DNA of 64,000 nucleotides from Octopus sinensis (taxonomy: Eukaryota). Under the pieces are notes generated by a model. It did no database searches and had not been told where the DNA came from. It saw nothing but the letters and a program-made list of their open reading frames with translations. Position 1 is the first letter of the stretch, and each line of letters begins with the position of its first letter. This document shows positions 1 through 13,302 of the stretch, piece by piece. The position numbers and the translations under genes are program-made. The DNA lies in NCBI RefSeq assembly GCF_006345805.1, contig NC_043001.1:12090001-12154000 (forward strand), given 5' to 3'.

Positions 1-1
1 T

Positions 2-573
2 GGTTATCCTACCACTAATAATGTTGGTAACATTATTTCTTCATTTAATAAATATAAACTGAATAATTTTTATAAAAAGAAATTATTTGATAATAATATT
101 AATAATGATAAGACTTTATTAATTGTACATGTAGAGATAAATCTAATTGTATATTAAATAATAATTGTGATATTAACGATGTAGTGTATAAATGTATAGT
201 TACATTACATGATAATAACTTTAAGATAATAATTACCCAAAAGCGGTTTATATAGGTTCTACTTCCTCAAAAATAAAACTAAGAATCGCACAACATATGA
301 ATTCTTTTAAAAATAAAACTTAATCAACTCAACCGGACTTAGTAAGTACATTTGGAGTCTTAAATCACTAAATATTAATTATAGTTTAATTGGGAAATAA
401 TTTGTAAAACTAAATCATATACTATAGGAGCTAATTGTTGTTATTTATGCTCTAATGAGTTTAAAGAAATTTTATTTTATAAGTATGATAATTTACTTAA
501 TACTGGTGAAGAGCGCAAAATAAAATGCAGACATAAGTTACTTTACCTATATAATAAGTTTCATGATAAATAG
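2..573 (+). pseudogene. C-terminal linker + GIY-YIG endonuclease of a Penelope-like retroelement (Naiad-like), frameshifted, runs off the window start
   Basis: Manual translation across frameshifts: GYPTTNNVGNIISSFNKYKL..NCTCRDKSNCILNNNCDINDVVYKCIV..YIGSTSSKIKLRIAQHMNSFK..TGLSKYIWSLK..WEIICKTKSY..CYLCSNE..LLN..KCRHK..stop TAG 571-573. The VVY/YIG, R, E and N motifs plus CxCx5C and KCRH are typical of this PLE group. Confidence 0.85.
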
Positions 574-859
574 CAATAATAGTTCCCTATTAGGTTACTT
601 TAGTTTAGTTTAAATTAGTTTAGATAATAATTTTTTGGTTATGTAGTCTAGGCTTTAATTATAGTTAGTCTTTATTGATATTTCTTTGTTTTAATTAGTT
701 CATTTTTAATGTATATTAATATAACAGTTTATGGTATGTTAAAACTTTAATAATTATATTAGATTTTTTTATTTTCTTATTTAATATTTTTTTATTTTTA
801 TTTTATTTTATTATGTATTTTTATTATGCATTTGTTATATGTATTTTGGAGGATATATA

Positions 860-3780
860 TTTATATGTGATGGGTGTTATTTAGAGTGGTGTTTTTATTG
901 AGTTTTGTATGTATGTGTGAATGTTTACGATCCCTTTGTTTTTGTTTTTTATTTGGTATGTTGAATTGACAGATTTTATTTGGGTATTGTCTGTTATAAT
1001 AAAGTATACACACCATAACAAATATAAGTGCCCACTTCATTCGCGCGTACCTGGAATTGCATGTGAGCCTCAACATATACACCAAACGGCCACTCCCGCC
1101 CTATACGGACAAATAAACACATACATCCCAAAAATGGGCGTAATCCCACTCACACCAATCATATGTATACAATTATACACACTAGAATAATACATAACTA
1201 ACCCAAATATACAGAACATATTAAAAATCACCAACAAACCACCATCACAAATGAAACCTACACCCATACAATGACAAAAATCCCCCCTCTATACCCAATT
1301 TACACCCACATAGCAATCCCAATATATTCATCCATACATGGACGCACGTGCATGAAGCACATGCACACAATAAATACGTACAACCCCCCAATACACACTC
1401 ATATACATACGTATCAAGCTCGACATCCACAGCAATACGCTTACACCCACTCACACCCAGATGGATGAATTTCACAACCAGGGAAAGCACACACACACGT
1501 GTGCATATTTTGATTGTGCAACTCGCCCATATGCATGTATGCGGGCGCGATTACATTGTTGCACATATCGAGCCCAACTAGCATGCATATGTACATGTGA
1601 GGGGGTACACGTACATGCCGTGCGCGTGTACCCCTTGCATTTATACCCGTGCGTGAATATACACATGGAGACTACCACACATGTACAAATGTGTATAGTA
1701 ATGGGAGCCCCATCACTACACTCAATGTATACTCTCACCCATCCGCACGGATTGAAAGCGAATCTCCGGTGTATATGTTGAGGCTTATATGTAGCTCTGT
1801 GGAGTTGAACGTCGTTGAAATTGTGAATGAATGGGTGGAGTTGGGAATTGTAACCGGGTGGTGGGCTAGCGTTGCTTGGAATTGGGAATGGAATAGTGTA
1901 GTAGTAAGGCAGGTATCGAGAATAGATATGGGTTACTGCAAGTTGTTTGTTAGAGCTGCTAAGATGAGCTAAAGCTCATAATTGTATATAATAATTATTA
2001 TGGTAGTTTTATTAAAGAATCCATTCATAATAAATTTTTTTTAAGTAGTGTTGGTTTGCCACGTGGATATAGTTTTTAGTTCCATTTATTCTATTTCTCC
2101 ATTCATAATTTTAAATGACGTTTACTTTCCATGGCGCGTATTCTTTTTTTACATAAGTTATATTTCTATGGTAACGTAATTTTGGTTTGGTTTTTTTAAC
2201 GGCTAAGAATTTAATTTCACTTCATAATTTGAAACTGACTTGTAAGTATGTATTTTATTTCTCCTTATTCATATTGTTATTTTTGATATTCTGGTTAATT
2301 ACGATGTATTTAATGTTGTTTTTTATTGGAGTGTTTATGTATATGAGATTGTGTGTGAGTTTTTAGTTGTATAATTATTTATCTGTATGAGTGGGTGTGT
2401 AAATATTGTGTATATATCGAGTTTAGTGAGTATGTATATGCGTATATGTGGGAGTATATGTATCTGTTGTGTGTGTGTGTTTTGCGTGTGTGTGTATTTG
2501 TGTGTGAATGTGTATATGGGTTTGTTATTTAGGTTTTGGGATGTATGTGTTAATTTTCTGTGTGGGGAGGGAGTGGGTTTTTGGTGTATATTGAGGTTTA
2601 TAAGTTAGTATAGGTATGTGTATAAGTCGTGGGTCTGTGGTTTACGTGTGTGATTTTTGTGTGTGAATGTTTAGGTTAGGGGGATTGCTATATAGGTTTG
2701 TTATAGAGTTTAGCAAAGGGAGATTTTATCGTTATATGTTTTTAAGAGTTTTGGTTTATCATGGTTTTTTTAGGGAATTCGTGGTAATTTGTCTATTTTC
2801 GATATTGGTTGTTTTATTACATTGTTTCATTCATAATTTTTGAGTGGTGTTCGTTTTGCACGGGAATATTATTTTTAATTCCATTTATTCCATTTCTCCA
2901 TTCATTATTTTAAAAGATGTTCGTTTCCAGAGCGGTTATACTTTTATACATATGTTAAGTTCCTTGGTAAAGTAATTTTGTTTGGTGTATATGTTGAGGC
3001 TTATATGTACTTGTGGGTGTGTGTGAGTGGGGTGGGTGTTTGTATTTGTTATGGTGGGTGTGGTTTACGTGTGTGTATTTGTGTGTGAATGTATAGGTTA
3101 AAGGGATTGCTATATAAGTATGTTATAGTGTTTAGTAAAGGGAGGTTTTATCATTTATGTTTTGTGAGTTTTAGCTTATCATGGTAGTTTTATAAAAGAA
3201 TCCATTCATAATTTTTGTGTTTATTTGTCTGTGTGGGTTTGAGTGGGTTTTGGAGTATATGTTGAGGTTTATATGTATGTATAGGTATGTGTAAGTGGTG
3301 TGGGTATTAGTATATGTCTGTGGGTGTGTGGTTTACGTGTGTGTATTTGTGTGTGAATGTTTAGGTTAGGGGGATTGCTATATAGGTATGTTATAGAGTT
3401 TAGTAAAGGGAGATTTTATCATTATATGTTTTTATGAGTTTTGGTTTATCATGGTAGGTTTGTTAAGGAATTCGTAGTAATTTGTGTCTATTTGCGATGT
3501 CTGTTGTTTTATTGCATTGTTTCATTCATAATTTTTAAGTAGTGTTCGTTTTACCAAGTGAATATAATTTTTAATTCCATTTATTCCATTTCTCTGTTCA
3601 TAATTTTAAGTGATGTCCGTTTTCTAGAGCGTGAATGTGGGTTGTATGTGTGTGTGTGTGGGAGTATGAATAAGTATTGTGTTGAAGTATTTAGCTATTT
3701 TATTTATAGTTGCCTAGACGTTTTTATGTGTATGTATAGGGATATATATATAGGGGTGTGATTTAGTGTATGTAGTTAGA
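860..3780. repeat. Degenerate GT-rich ~300-400 bp modular repeat region with an inverted block (~1000-1760), downstream of the PLE ORF
   Basis: Recurrent GTATATGTTGAGGYTTATATG (~1771, 2586, 2987, 3256; reverse ~1063), GGGATTGCTATAT (~2681, 3103, 3371; reverse ~1311) and TCCATTTATTC..TTCATAATTTTAA (~2080, 2880, 3576). Confidence 0.75.
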
Positions 3781-4065
3781 TATGGTTATATATAATTAGG
3801 TATATGTGTATGGGTGTATATATAGTTTATTATTATATTATTATTATTTTTTTGTTTTGTTTTATATTTTATATTTTATATTTTATATTTTATATTTAAT
3901 TGTTGATAGGTTTATTTTAGTTTATATATTGTTTATATATTGATTATATATGGATTATATATAGGATATATATGGATTATATATTTATATTTTTTCATTC
4001 ATACTTTAATTATTTTAAAATTATTATTTTTATATTTTAAAATATTGATATTTTAGATTGGAAGT

Positions 4066-4108
4066 CCACCTGAAGATTGTCGATCAAGACAAGAAACAAT
4101 TGTAGTGG
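4066..4108 (+). ncRNA. Minimal type I hammerhead ribozyme (PLE pLTR type)
   Basis: CCAC-CTGAAGA-TTGTC gatcaa GACAA-GAAAC aatt GTA-GTGG: complete core, 4-bp stem I, 5-bp stem II, palindromic stem III (ACAATTGT); predicted cleavage after 4104. Confidence 0.9.
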
Positions 4109-4195
4109 CGGTTTTTTTGACTATTTATTAAAATTTTATATATTGATTAAGTCTTTCCTTGTTTGTTTTGCAAAATAGTGGTTTTGTCTCTAATA

Positions 4196-4260
<65 letters not shown>

Positions 4261-4386
4261 TGGCTAGATTAAAGTGTACATTTTCGCAAAGGGTTGCACG
4301 TTGACGCAGATATTAAATTGGAACGGCATTCCGATTGAATCTACTCTGTGTCAGCATGTACCGTCTTGCGGCATTGTAACCTCTGC

Positions 4387-4442
4387 CTGAAGAGGAGTTG
4401 GCGGTATAAACCTCATTTGGAGTTTTATAACGCCACCTCTGA
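4387..4442 (+). ncRNA. Truncated hammerhead-like motif with long stem II
   Basis: CTGAAGA then a hairpin GGAG-TGGCG-TATAAA-CTC / GAG-TTTATA-CGCCA-CTCT, then GA and a break; lies between (TA)n tracts. Confidence 0.5.
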
Positions 4443-4453
4443 GTTTCAAATCA

Positions 4454-4498
<45 letters not shown>

Positions 4499-4712
4499 AT
4501 TTATGTATGTATATATGTATATAAATGTACGGTATTAGGATAGAGGTGTAGGAAGCAAGTGTAATGCAAACAATCCGTAGGACATACAAATTAAAAACAA
4601 CTATCAAGAACAATAGCGGTTTACTGCGAGTGAAAAGTTTGCATGTTTTCCGTATCGAGTACGATAAACGGAAAAAAAAGTTATTTTGGATTTCACGCTA
4701 TATATATATAGC

Positions 4713-4916
4713 GCCATGATAGATCGCTAGCGACCACACACATTTTCCTTTTCCGCTTGTTTCTCTCCTTGTTTCTTTCTGCGTTCCTTTCTGTGGAACA
4801 GCGTAGCCTCGAAACATTCAATACTTTTTCAATTCCTGAGCGTTATACTAATACATCTCTTTGTTTTCTACACCACCTGTCTTCGTATTTTGTTTTTTCG
4901 TGAATTCTTCCTCTGT
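4713..4916 (+). mobile_element. TA-associated short repeat family X with HHR-like CTGTKGAA motif (degenerate copy)
   Basis: Homologous to 6272-6452, 42195-42350 (-) and 44805-44946; ends at a microsatellite. Confidence 0.7.
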
Positions 4917-4941
4917 ATATCTATCTATCTATCTATCTATA

Positions 4942-4988
<47 letters not shown>

Positions 4989-5012
4989 ATATATATATAT
5001 ATATATAATCTG

Positions 5013-5057
<45 letters not shown>

Positions 5058-5167
5058 ATCTATCTATCTATCTATCTATATATATATATCTATATATATA
5101 TATATATCTGTCTATCTATCTATCTATCTATCTATCTCTATCTATATATATATATATATATATTCTG

Positions 5168-5208
<41 letters not shown>

Positions 5209-5283
5209 ATATATATTATATATATATATATTATATATATATATATATATCTGTCTATCTATCTATATCTATCTATCTATCTA

Positions 5284-5337
<54 letters not shown>

Positions 5338-5340
5338 AAT
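4917..5340. repeat. Compound (TATC)n/(TA)n microsatellite
   Basis: Direct reading; explains the spurious YLSI ORFs. Confidence 0.97.
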
Positions 5341-5929
5341 TTATAATGAATAATTAGCTTTTTGAATCCGTGTAATTTTTCGCGTATGCCCGAGGAATTG
5401 TCTCTGGCGGTCAATGACACACAAAATACATCATCGAAGCAACTAGACAATGATATTGAACTTTAGTTTCAAATAGTTTAGTTTTTTTCCATTAGTTAGG
5501 AGCGAAATGGCGAAGAGTTTCCTCATTGTTTAACCTTCTGGGAAGATTTCAGCATTTGTTAAAAGTATCTATATTGTCATTCATGTTTGCCGGGAATTAT
5601 ACTGTTTTATATCTCATTAAATATTAATAGCATCACATTTAATACATATTTATTAAATATATGTGGTTAGAGGCGATCGAACTACTTACATATTGAATTT
5701 GTAATAGTAGGAACAATAAGTAAGAAAAGCAATTGATATGATGAATAGAATCTTCAAATCTGAATAAAATGTAATTTTCATACGAACAAATGAATGTTAA
5801 TGATCACGGAGACCGAGCTTTGTGCTAGTTTTACGCAGTTTGCTATAATGCAGCTTCAGATGAAATATTTAATACAAATTTCGTATAAATTTTAAAACAT
5901 ATTTACATCCCACATGAATATATAGAAAC

Positions 5930-6452
5930 ATTCCCACACTCTCGTCTCAACACCATCATACCACACACTACAACACACCACACAGCACCATTCAACAACA
6001 CCATACACACACAACCCCAACACAATACATACCACCACACCGCACCACATCATACCACACCGCACACTCTACCACTGACCACTTCCTAGGACGCACACCA
6101 TCATCAACACACCCACATATGCACACACGAACACGTCACGGTCACCAGCCCCCATCCACACGCACATACACGCTCTCAAATACACACGCACGGGCACCTT
6201 CCACTACTTTACTATCTCCCCTTCTTCCTCTCTCTCTCTCTTTTCTGACCCCTCTGTCCGGCAGTCACCGTGATAGATCGTTAGCCACGGAACCATTTAA
6301 AAAATTTTCTTTGTTTATTTCTGCGTTCATTCTGTTGATGAGCGTAGGCACGAAACGTAAAGGACTTTCTTACTTCCCGAGCGTTAAACTAATACATTTG
6401 TTTCTTGTTTACACACTCGTCTTCGGCTTTTGCTTTTTCGTAAGTTATCACT
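5930..6452 (+). mobile_element. Family X element with CA-rich 5' part and HHR-like motif (~6326-6365)
   Basis: TT-CTGTTGAT-GAGC gtag GCAC-GAAACGTA-AAGG; shared tail CCCGAGCGTTAAACTAATACAT..CACTATATA. Confidence 0.7.
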
Positions 6453-6481
6453 ATATATATATATATATAATATATAATATA

Positions 6482-9400
6482 TTCAACAATTGAGGGCAAA
6501 ATTAATTAATTATTAATCAATTTCACCAAGTGTTCAGTAAGCAAAGGGACCATTCAAGGCGAATTCAATTATTACATTATATAAAAGGGCTTAGTAAAAT
6601 AAATTACTTTGCCGCATACTGAACTCATTAGAAATAGCAGCTATAAAACTTTTTTAAAGCTATTTCTAATACTTAAAGAAAATCTCTCTCATATATAGTG
6701 TTTGCTTAATTCAACTCACAAAAGTTTGGGGGTAAGGACATCGAAAAATCAAATGCTAAGGTTATTCGAGAACGTACGTTTCAAGATTAGTCAAAACAAC
6801 ATTTCTATCATCGGCTCAGAAATTCTTGGTTTGGATTTGGAAACACTGAAAATAAGAACATACCCTTTCGAAGATCTGCTTCCAACTAACAGTGCCAACA
6901 AATTCAAATAAGCAAGCGAAGAATCTCTGTTCTCCCCTTTCCACCAGCGTGGGTTAAAATCATCAAACACTATGCTTATTTCGGTAAAATCCGAAGCATT
7001 AATCAGAGGGAGATTATTATAATTTCAACAATTGAGGGCAAAATTAATTAATTATTAATCAATTTCACCAAGTGTTCAGTATGCAAAGGGACCATTCAAG
7101 GCGAATTCAAATTATTACATTATATAAAAGGGCTTAGTAAAATAAATTACTTTGCCGCATACTGAACTCATTAGAAATAGCAGCTAAAAACTTTTTTAAA
7201 GCTATTTCTAATACTTAAAGAAAATCTCTCTCATATATAGTGTTTGCTTAATTCAACTCACAAAAGTTTGGGGGTAAGGACATCGAAAAATCAAATGCTA
7301 AGGTTATTCGAGAACGTACGTTTCAAGATTAGTCAAAAAAACATTTCTATCATCGGCTCAGAAATTCCTTGGTTTGGATTTGGAAACACTGAAAATAAGA
7401 ACATACCCTTTCGAAGATCTGCTTCCAACTAACAGTGCCAACAAATTCAAATAAGCAAGCGAAGAATCTCTGTTCTCCCATTTCCACCAGCGTGGGTTAA
7501 AATCATCAAACACTATGCTTATTTCGGTAAAATCCGAAGCATTAATCAGAGGGAGATTAATTATAATTTCAACAATTGAGGGCAAAATTAATTAATTATT
7601 AATCAATTTCACCAAGTGTTCAGTATGCAAAGGGACCATTCAAGGCGAATTCAAATTATTACATTATATAAAAGGGCTTAGTAAAATAAATTACTTTGCC
7701 GCATACTGAACTCATTAGAAATAGCAGCTAAAAAATTTTAAAGCTATTTCTAATACTTAAAGAAAATCTCTCTCATATATAGTGTTTGCTTAATTCAACT
7801 CACAAAAGTTTGGGGGTAAGGACATCGAAAAATCAAATGCTAAGTTATTCGAGAACGTACGTTTCAAGATTAGTCAAAACAACATTTCTATCATCGGCTC
7901 AGAAATTCCTTGGTTTGGATTTGGAAACACTGAAAATAAGAACATACCCTTTCGAAGATCTGCTTCCAACTAACAGTGCCAACAAATTCAAATAAGCAAG
8001 CGAAGAATCTCTGTTCTCCCCTTTCCACCAGCGTGGGTTAAAATCATCAAACACTATGCTTATTTCGGTAAAATCCGAAGCATTAATCAGAGGAGATTAA
8101 TTATAATTTCAACAATGAGGGCAAAATTAATTAATTATTAATCAATTTCACCAAGTGTTCAGTACTGAACACTTGGCAAAAAATTAATTATTAATCAATT
8201 TCACCAAGTGTTCAGTACTGAACACTTGGTGAAATTGATTAATAATTAATAATTTTGCCCTCAATTGTTGAAATTATAATTAATCTCCCTCTGATTAATG
8301 CTTCGGATTTTACCGAAATAAGCATAGTGTTTGATGATTTTAACCCACGCTGGTGGAAATGGGAGAACAGAGATTCTTCGCTTGCTTATTTGAATTTGTT
8401 GGCACTGTTAGTTGGAAGCAGATCTCGAAAGGGTATGTTCTTATTTTCAGTGTTTCCAAATCCAAACCAAGGAATTTCTGAGCCGATGATAGAAATGTTG
8501 TTTTGACTAATCTTGAAACGTACGTTCTCGAATAACCTTAGCATTTGATTTTTCGATGTCCTTACCCCCAAACTTTTGTGAGTTGAATTAAGCAAACACT
8601 ATATATGAGAGAGATTTTTTTAAGTATTAGAAATAGCTTTAAAAAAGTTTTTTAGCTGCTATTTCTAATGAGTTCAGTATGCGGCAAAGTAATTTATTTT
8701 ACTAAGCCCTTTTATATAATGTAATAATTTGAATTCGCCTTGAATGGTCCCTTTGCATACTGAACACTTGGTGAAATTGATAATAATTAATTAATTTTGC
8801 CCTCAATTGTTGAAATTATAATTAATCTCCCTCTGATTAATGCTTCGGATTTTACCGAAATAAGCATAGTGTTTGATGATTTTAACCCACGCTGGTGGAA
8901 ATGGGAGAACAGAGATTCTTCGCTTGCTTATTTGAATTTGTTGGCACTGTTAGTTGGAAGCGATCTTCGAAAGGGTATGTTCTTATTTTCAGTGTTTCCA
9001 AATCCAAACCAAGGAATTTCTGAGCCGATGATAGAAATGTTGTTTTGACTAATCTTGAAACGTACGTTCTCGAATAACCTTAGCATTTGATTTTTCGATT
9101 CCTTACCCCCAAACTTTTGTGAGTTGAATTAAGCAAACACTATATGATGAGAGATTTTCTTTAAGTATTAGAAATAGCTTTAAAAAAGTTTTTTAGCTGC
9201 TATTTCTAATGAGTTCAGATGCGGCAAAGTAATTTATTTTACTAAGCCCTTTTATATATGGTAATAATTGAATTCGCCTTGAATGGTCCCTTTGCATACT
9301 GAACACTTGGTGAAATTGATTAATAATTAATAATTTTGCCCTCAATTGTTGAAATTATAATTAATCTCCCTCTGATTAATGCTTCGGATTTTACCGAAAT

Positions 9401-9808
9401 AAGCATAGTGTTTGATGATTGTAACCCACGCTGGTGGAAAGGGGAGAGAGAACAGAGATTCTTCGCTTGCTTATTTGAATTTGTTGGCACTGTTAGTTGG
9501 AAGCAGATCTTCGAAAGGGTATGTTCTTATTTTCAGTGTTTCCAAATCCAAACCAAGGAATTTCTGAGCCGATGATAGAAATGTTGTTTTGACTAATCTT
9601 GAAACGTACGTTCTCGAATAACCTTAGCATTTGATTTTTCGATGTCCTTACCCCCAAACTTTTGTGAGTTGAATTAAGCAAACACTATATGAGAGAGATT
9701 TTCTTTAGTATTAGAAATAGCTTTAAAAAAGGTTTTTAGCTGACTATTTCTAATGAGTTCAGTATGCGGCAAAGTAATTTATTTTACTAAGCCCTTTTAT
9801 ATAATGTA
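6482..9808. mobile_element. Tandem/inverted array of ~542-bp hammerhead-containing monomers (retrozyme- or PLE pLTR-like), 3 reverse + 3 forward, flanked by (TA)n
   Basis: TTCAACAATTGAGGGC at 6482, 7024, 7568, 8108; reverse complement at ~8257, 8799, 9338; fold-back centres AGTACT at 8161-8166 and 8214-8219. Confidence 0.92.
8476..8532 (+). ncRNA. Type I hammerhead, CCGATGA core variant (also 9018-9074, 9562-9618 on +; 6765-6821, 7307-7363, 7848-7904 on -)
   Basis: TTC-T-GAG CCGATGA (t AGA..GTT gtttt GAC..TCT t) GAAAC gtac GTT CTC-GAA; stem I extendable by AAGG/CCTT; palindromic stem III AACGTACGTT. Confidence 0.75.
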
Positions 9809-9818
9809 TATATATAAT

Positions 9819-9852
<34 letters not shown>

Positions 9853-9900
9853 CACTTAGATATATATATTATATAGTTTATATATATATTTATAATATAT

Positions 9901-9933
<33 letters not shown>

Positions 9934-10180
9934 TATGAATAAATATAGGGTTGGTATTATTAAAATACCATCACGAGTGACAAGCGAATAATCAGACGTA
10001 TAGGCAAATTAAAGAAATATATACATACACTATTAGACATGTACATATATAAACAAGGGTACTACATGAGTACTCATATCGCTAAAGATAGAAGTCAAAA
10101 ATCACTTCTGTACTGCCGAACAGTCACAAATCTATTACAGACAAGATAGAAAAAAATATCAGTAAACTCTAATGTCTTAC

Positions 10181-10407
10181 CTCTATTGGGTCAGAACAAG
10201 TAAATGGTACTGCTTTCGAAATCATTATACGTTCGATTCTCATATGCCCGTTTACCACATGTACATATGTTCGAATTAGCTGCTTCCAGAAACTTACTAG
10301 TGAAGCGGAAAATATGTTGCACCCATTTACCAATGTTAAGCAGAGCTGAATGTCCAAAGAATAGTTTAAGAAATAGTTGGACGAAAACGATATTTTGTTC
10401 CAGTCAA
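10181..10407 (-). CDS. Candidate internal coding exon of an unidentified host gene
   Basis: tttcag acceptor, GAG|gtaaga donor, 75 open codons (DWNKISFSSNYFLNYSLDIQLCLTLVNGCNIF..KAVPFTCSDPIE) in non-repetitive DNA; no family recognised. Confidence 0.35.
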
Positions 10408-11424
10408 CTGAAATGATTCTTTATCCCAGTATATTTAATTCCATTATTCTATATGTGTTATAGATTGTTGGCAATAGCATAGCTTACATGAAGTCTGCGA
10501 TAACACCAACGCTTAAATATTTAAAGAAGTAATTTTGTTATGAATAAAGAAGAAATCGCTAAACGAGTTTGAAATATTGTGTAGGTAAGAATATCATTTT
10601 ATTAAATAGCCTGAATATAAATGAATACACTAAACTGGCAGCTGAAGTAACATGTGATAATAAACATGTAGGATGCCATTAAAATTTTGGTCCCGGTATA
10701 CGTATTTATTTGGAGCGATAGTATTAGCGAATCAAGGCAATACATTGTATTTATCAGACTAATTAACGATTTCCTACAGACTGGCATCGCATTGTAAAAC
10801 AGGCATTATAGAATAATTAGTTTTGGCCATATGAAAGCTTTGGCTTCGAAATTATCATTCGAAGCATAGAATGTATGCATTGTACATTAATAAACTCGCT
10901 TTGGAGTTACTAGATTTCGGGTTCTGTCTTAATGCACTTAGAAAACTTTAGACAAGTGGTTTCTAATATTCCCCGGGTCGACTAATATCTTGTGAGCGGA
11001 TGAATATTGTGAGGGATTGCTCCGACGAAATATTTGCAGGCTGTACACTAGCGTGACTGCTTTTTACGGGTACAGACGTACAAGACTTTGCTGGAATTTA
11101 CCGAAAAAATTTTGGCATTATGGTAAATATATTCTCAATTAGCTTCTGTTTTAGTTTATGAACCTCTTATACAAAAACACTTCAATTAATTCACGTGGAA
11201 TAGTCTTTAAACATACTTTGTATGAAATCTTCCTTTGTGTGTATGTAGGTAGGGAAGACAGAGTGGAACAGAGAAACGAGGCAAGATCGCTTGTCTTGTA
11301 TTTACTAATTAGTTTATGTGCAACCGACACATGAGATAATTTCAATATTTTTCTCTGTAAATTAAATAAATATATTTGTATGTGTTTACATTTCGTTTAC
11401 AGCAGACACAATTGACGGAGTACA

Positions 11425-11830
11425 AATCGATTGAATCACTAGCTTCGGCCATTGGCCTGCGGCCATGGTAGGACGCTGCTTTGAAAGGTTTCGTGCAACA
11501 AATGGAGGACAGAATTTATTTTTCAATTAAGGTAATTATCCAATCATTCCCTTCTGCCGAATCTTTTAGTTGCGGGGACAGAAAGACAAAAGGAAGTAAA
11601 CACTGGTTATCTCTCTCTCTCGCTCTCTCTCTCCCACACACACACGCACGCACACACACACACACATATATTTCTACATGCATGTAGCACATACGCGTAA
11701 CACTACACACAACGAGATTCGGCACGAATTCACTCACAAAGTATAAGGCTGCTCAGGAATATAGTAAAAGTCACCTACTGAAGATCCAGCCGAGAGGGAT
11801 TGAATCCGAAGCGAGGTAGTTGTAAATCGC
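11425..11830 (-). mobile_element. Diverged SINE family A copy
   Basis: Degenerate TGCGGCCATG tail, internal (CA)n, head remnant. Confidence 0.55.
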
Positions 11831-12417
11831 CATTTTGAATAGATATATTCTGTATTTGACTACGGTTGCCTATATTATGAACAATTACGACATCTAATAG
11901 AATTAAGAAGCAACAGAAACGGACGGCAAACTAAAAATAATGGAATTATAAATAGACAATTTCTTCCAGTCTATGCTCCTGACTTTTCCGTTATAAACAA
12001 ATGATATTACCTCTGCAGGTAAACTTGATGTTTATGACCAAACGTGTAGGAGTGTAGTTTCCTTATTGTAAAAATCCGAGATTTCAAGAAGGAAGTGTAT
12101 ATACAGGCAAGCTATACAACCGATATATTTGTTCAATTATATATTAAAATAAAATTAGATCTGCTAGCATTGTCAGTGGACATCCGTTCCTCCAAGAGAC
12201 CGTATCTCGTAGTGTCAAGTGCACGTAAGTACTTGATTGTGTTTTATATTTCAATCGTAAAAAAAAATAATCACCGATAAATTGAAAACAGTACTGCAGG
12301 CAAATGGAATCGTCTCAATTATTGAGAAATTTCACCTTTTTATACACGTGAATTGCATTAACTGAAATCAGTTATGTTATAGAGACACATGCAGGGTTTA
12401 CATATAAGCACATGCAT

Positions 12418-12418
12418 T

Positions 12419-12449
<31 letters not shown>

Positions 12450-12510
12450 ATATATATATATATAATATCCACATGCATAAATACATATGTATACATACAT
12501 GAATATATAT

Positions 12511-12588
<78 letters not shown>

Positions 12589-13092
12589 ACATATACCTAT
12601 ATATATATATATATGTGTGTATATATATATGTATGTATACATATACCTATATATATATATATGTGTGTATAATTATATATATATATATATGTATGTATAC
12701 ATACCTATATATATATATATATGTGTGTGTATTATATATAATATATATGTATGTATACATATACCTATATATATATTATATATGTGTGTGTTATATATAT
12801 ATATGTATGTATACATATACTATATATATGTATGTATACATACATATATATATGTGTGTGTATATATATAATAGTATGTATACATATACCTATATATATA
12901 TATATATATGTGTGTATATATATATATGTATGTATACATATACCTATATATATATATGTGTGTGTATATATATATATATATATATGTATGTATACCCCAT
13001 ATATATATAATATATATATATATGTGTAACATATACCTATATATATATATAGATATATATATATAATATATATATGTGTATGTATACATATA

Positions 13093-13133
<41 letters not shown>

Positions 13134-13302
13134 ATATGTATACATATACCTATATATATATATATATATGTGTGTATATATATATATATAGTATGTATAC
13201 ATATACCTATATATATATATATATATATGTGTGTATATATATATAAATATGTATGTATACATATCCTTATATATATATATATGTGTGTGTATATATATAT
13301 GT
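12418..13302. repeat. (TA)n-derived minisatellite, unit ~GTATGTATACATATACC(TA)nTGTGTG(TA)n
   Basis: Motif GTATACATATACC recurs more than 12 times at ~45-65 bp spacing. Confidence 0.92.

Noticed and set aside
120-620. Selenocysteine-recoded Naiad ORF with SECIS
   Set aside because: The conserved Cys positions here are TGT/TGC, not TGA; no SECIS evident.
1-860. Mitochondrial insertion (NUMT) suggested by extreme AT content
   Set aside because: Translates to a PLE GIY-YIG domain; no mitochondrial gene motifs seen.
2380-3780. Repeat-protein ORF on the minus strand of the GT-rich repeats
   Set aside because: Frequent stops in all frames tried; no frame conserved between units.
6702-9681. 60-83 aa ORFs repeated in the 542-bp monomers
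   Set aside because: Frames differ between copies, occur on both strands, start at non-ATG codons and show no domain; the unit looks non-coding.
6482-9808. CRISPR array or rDNA/5S repeat
   Set aside because: No short repeat-spacer pattern and no rRNA similarity; eukaryotic context.
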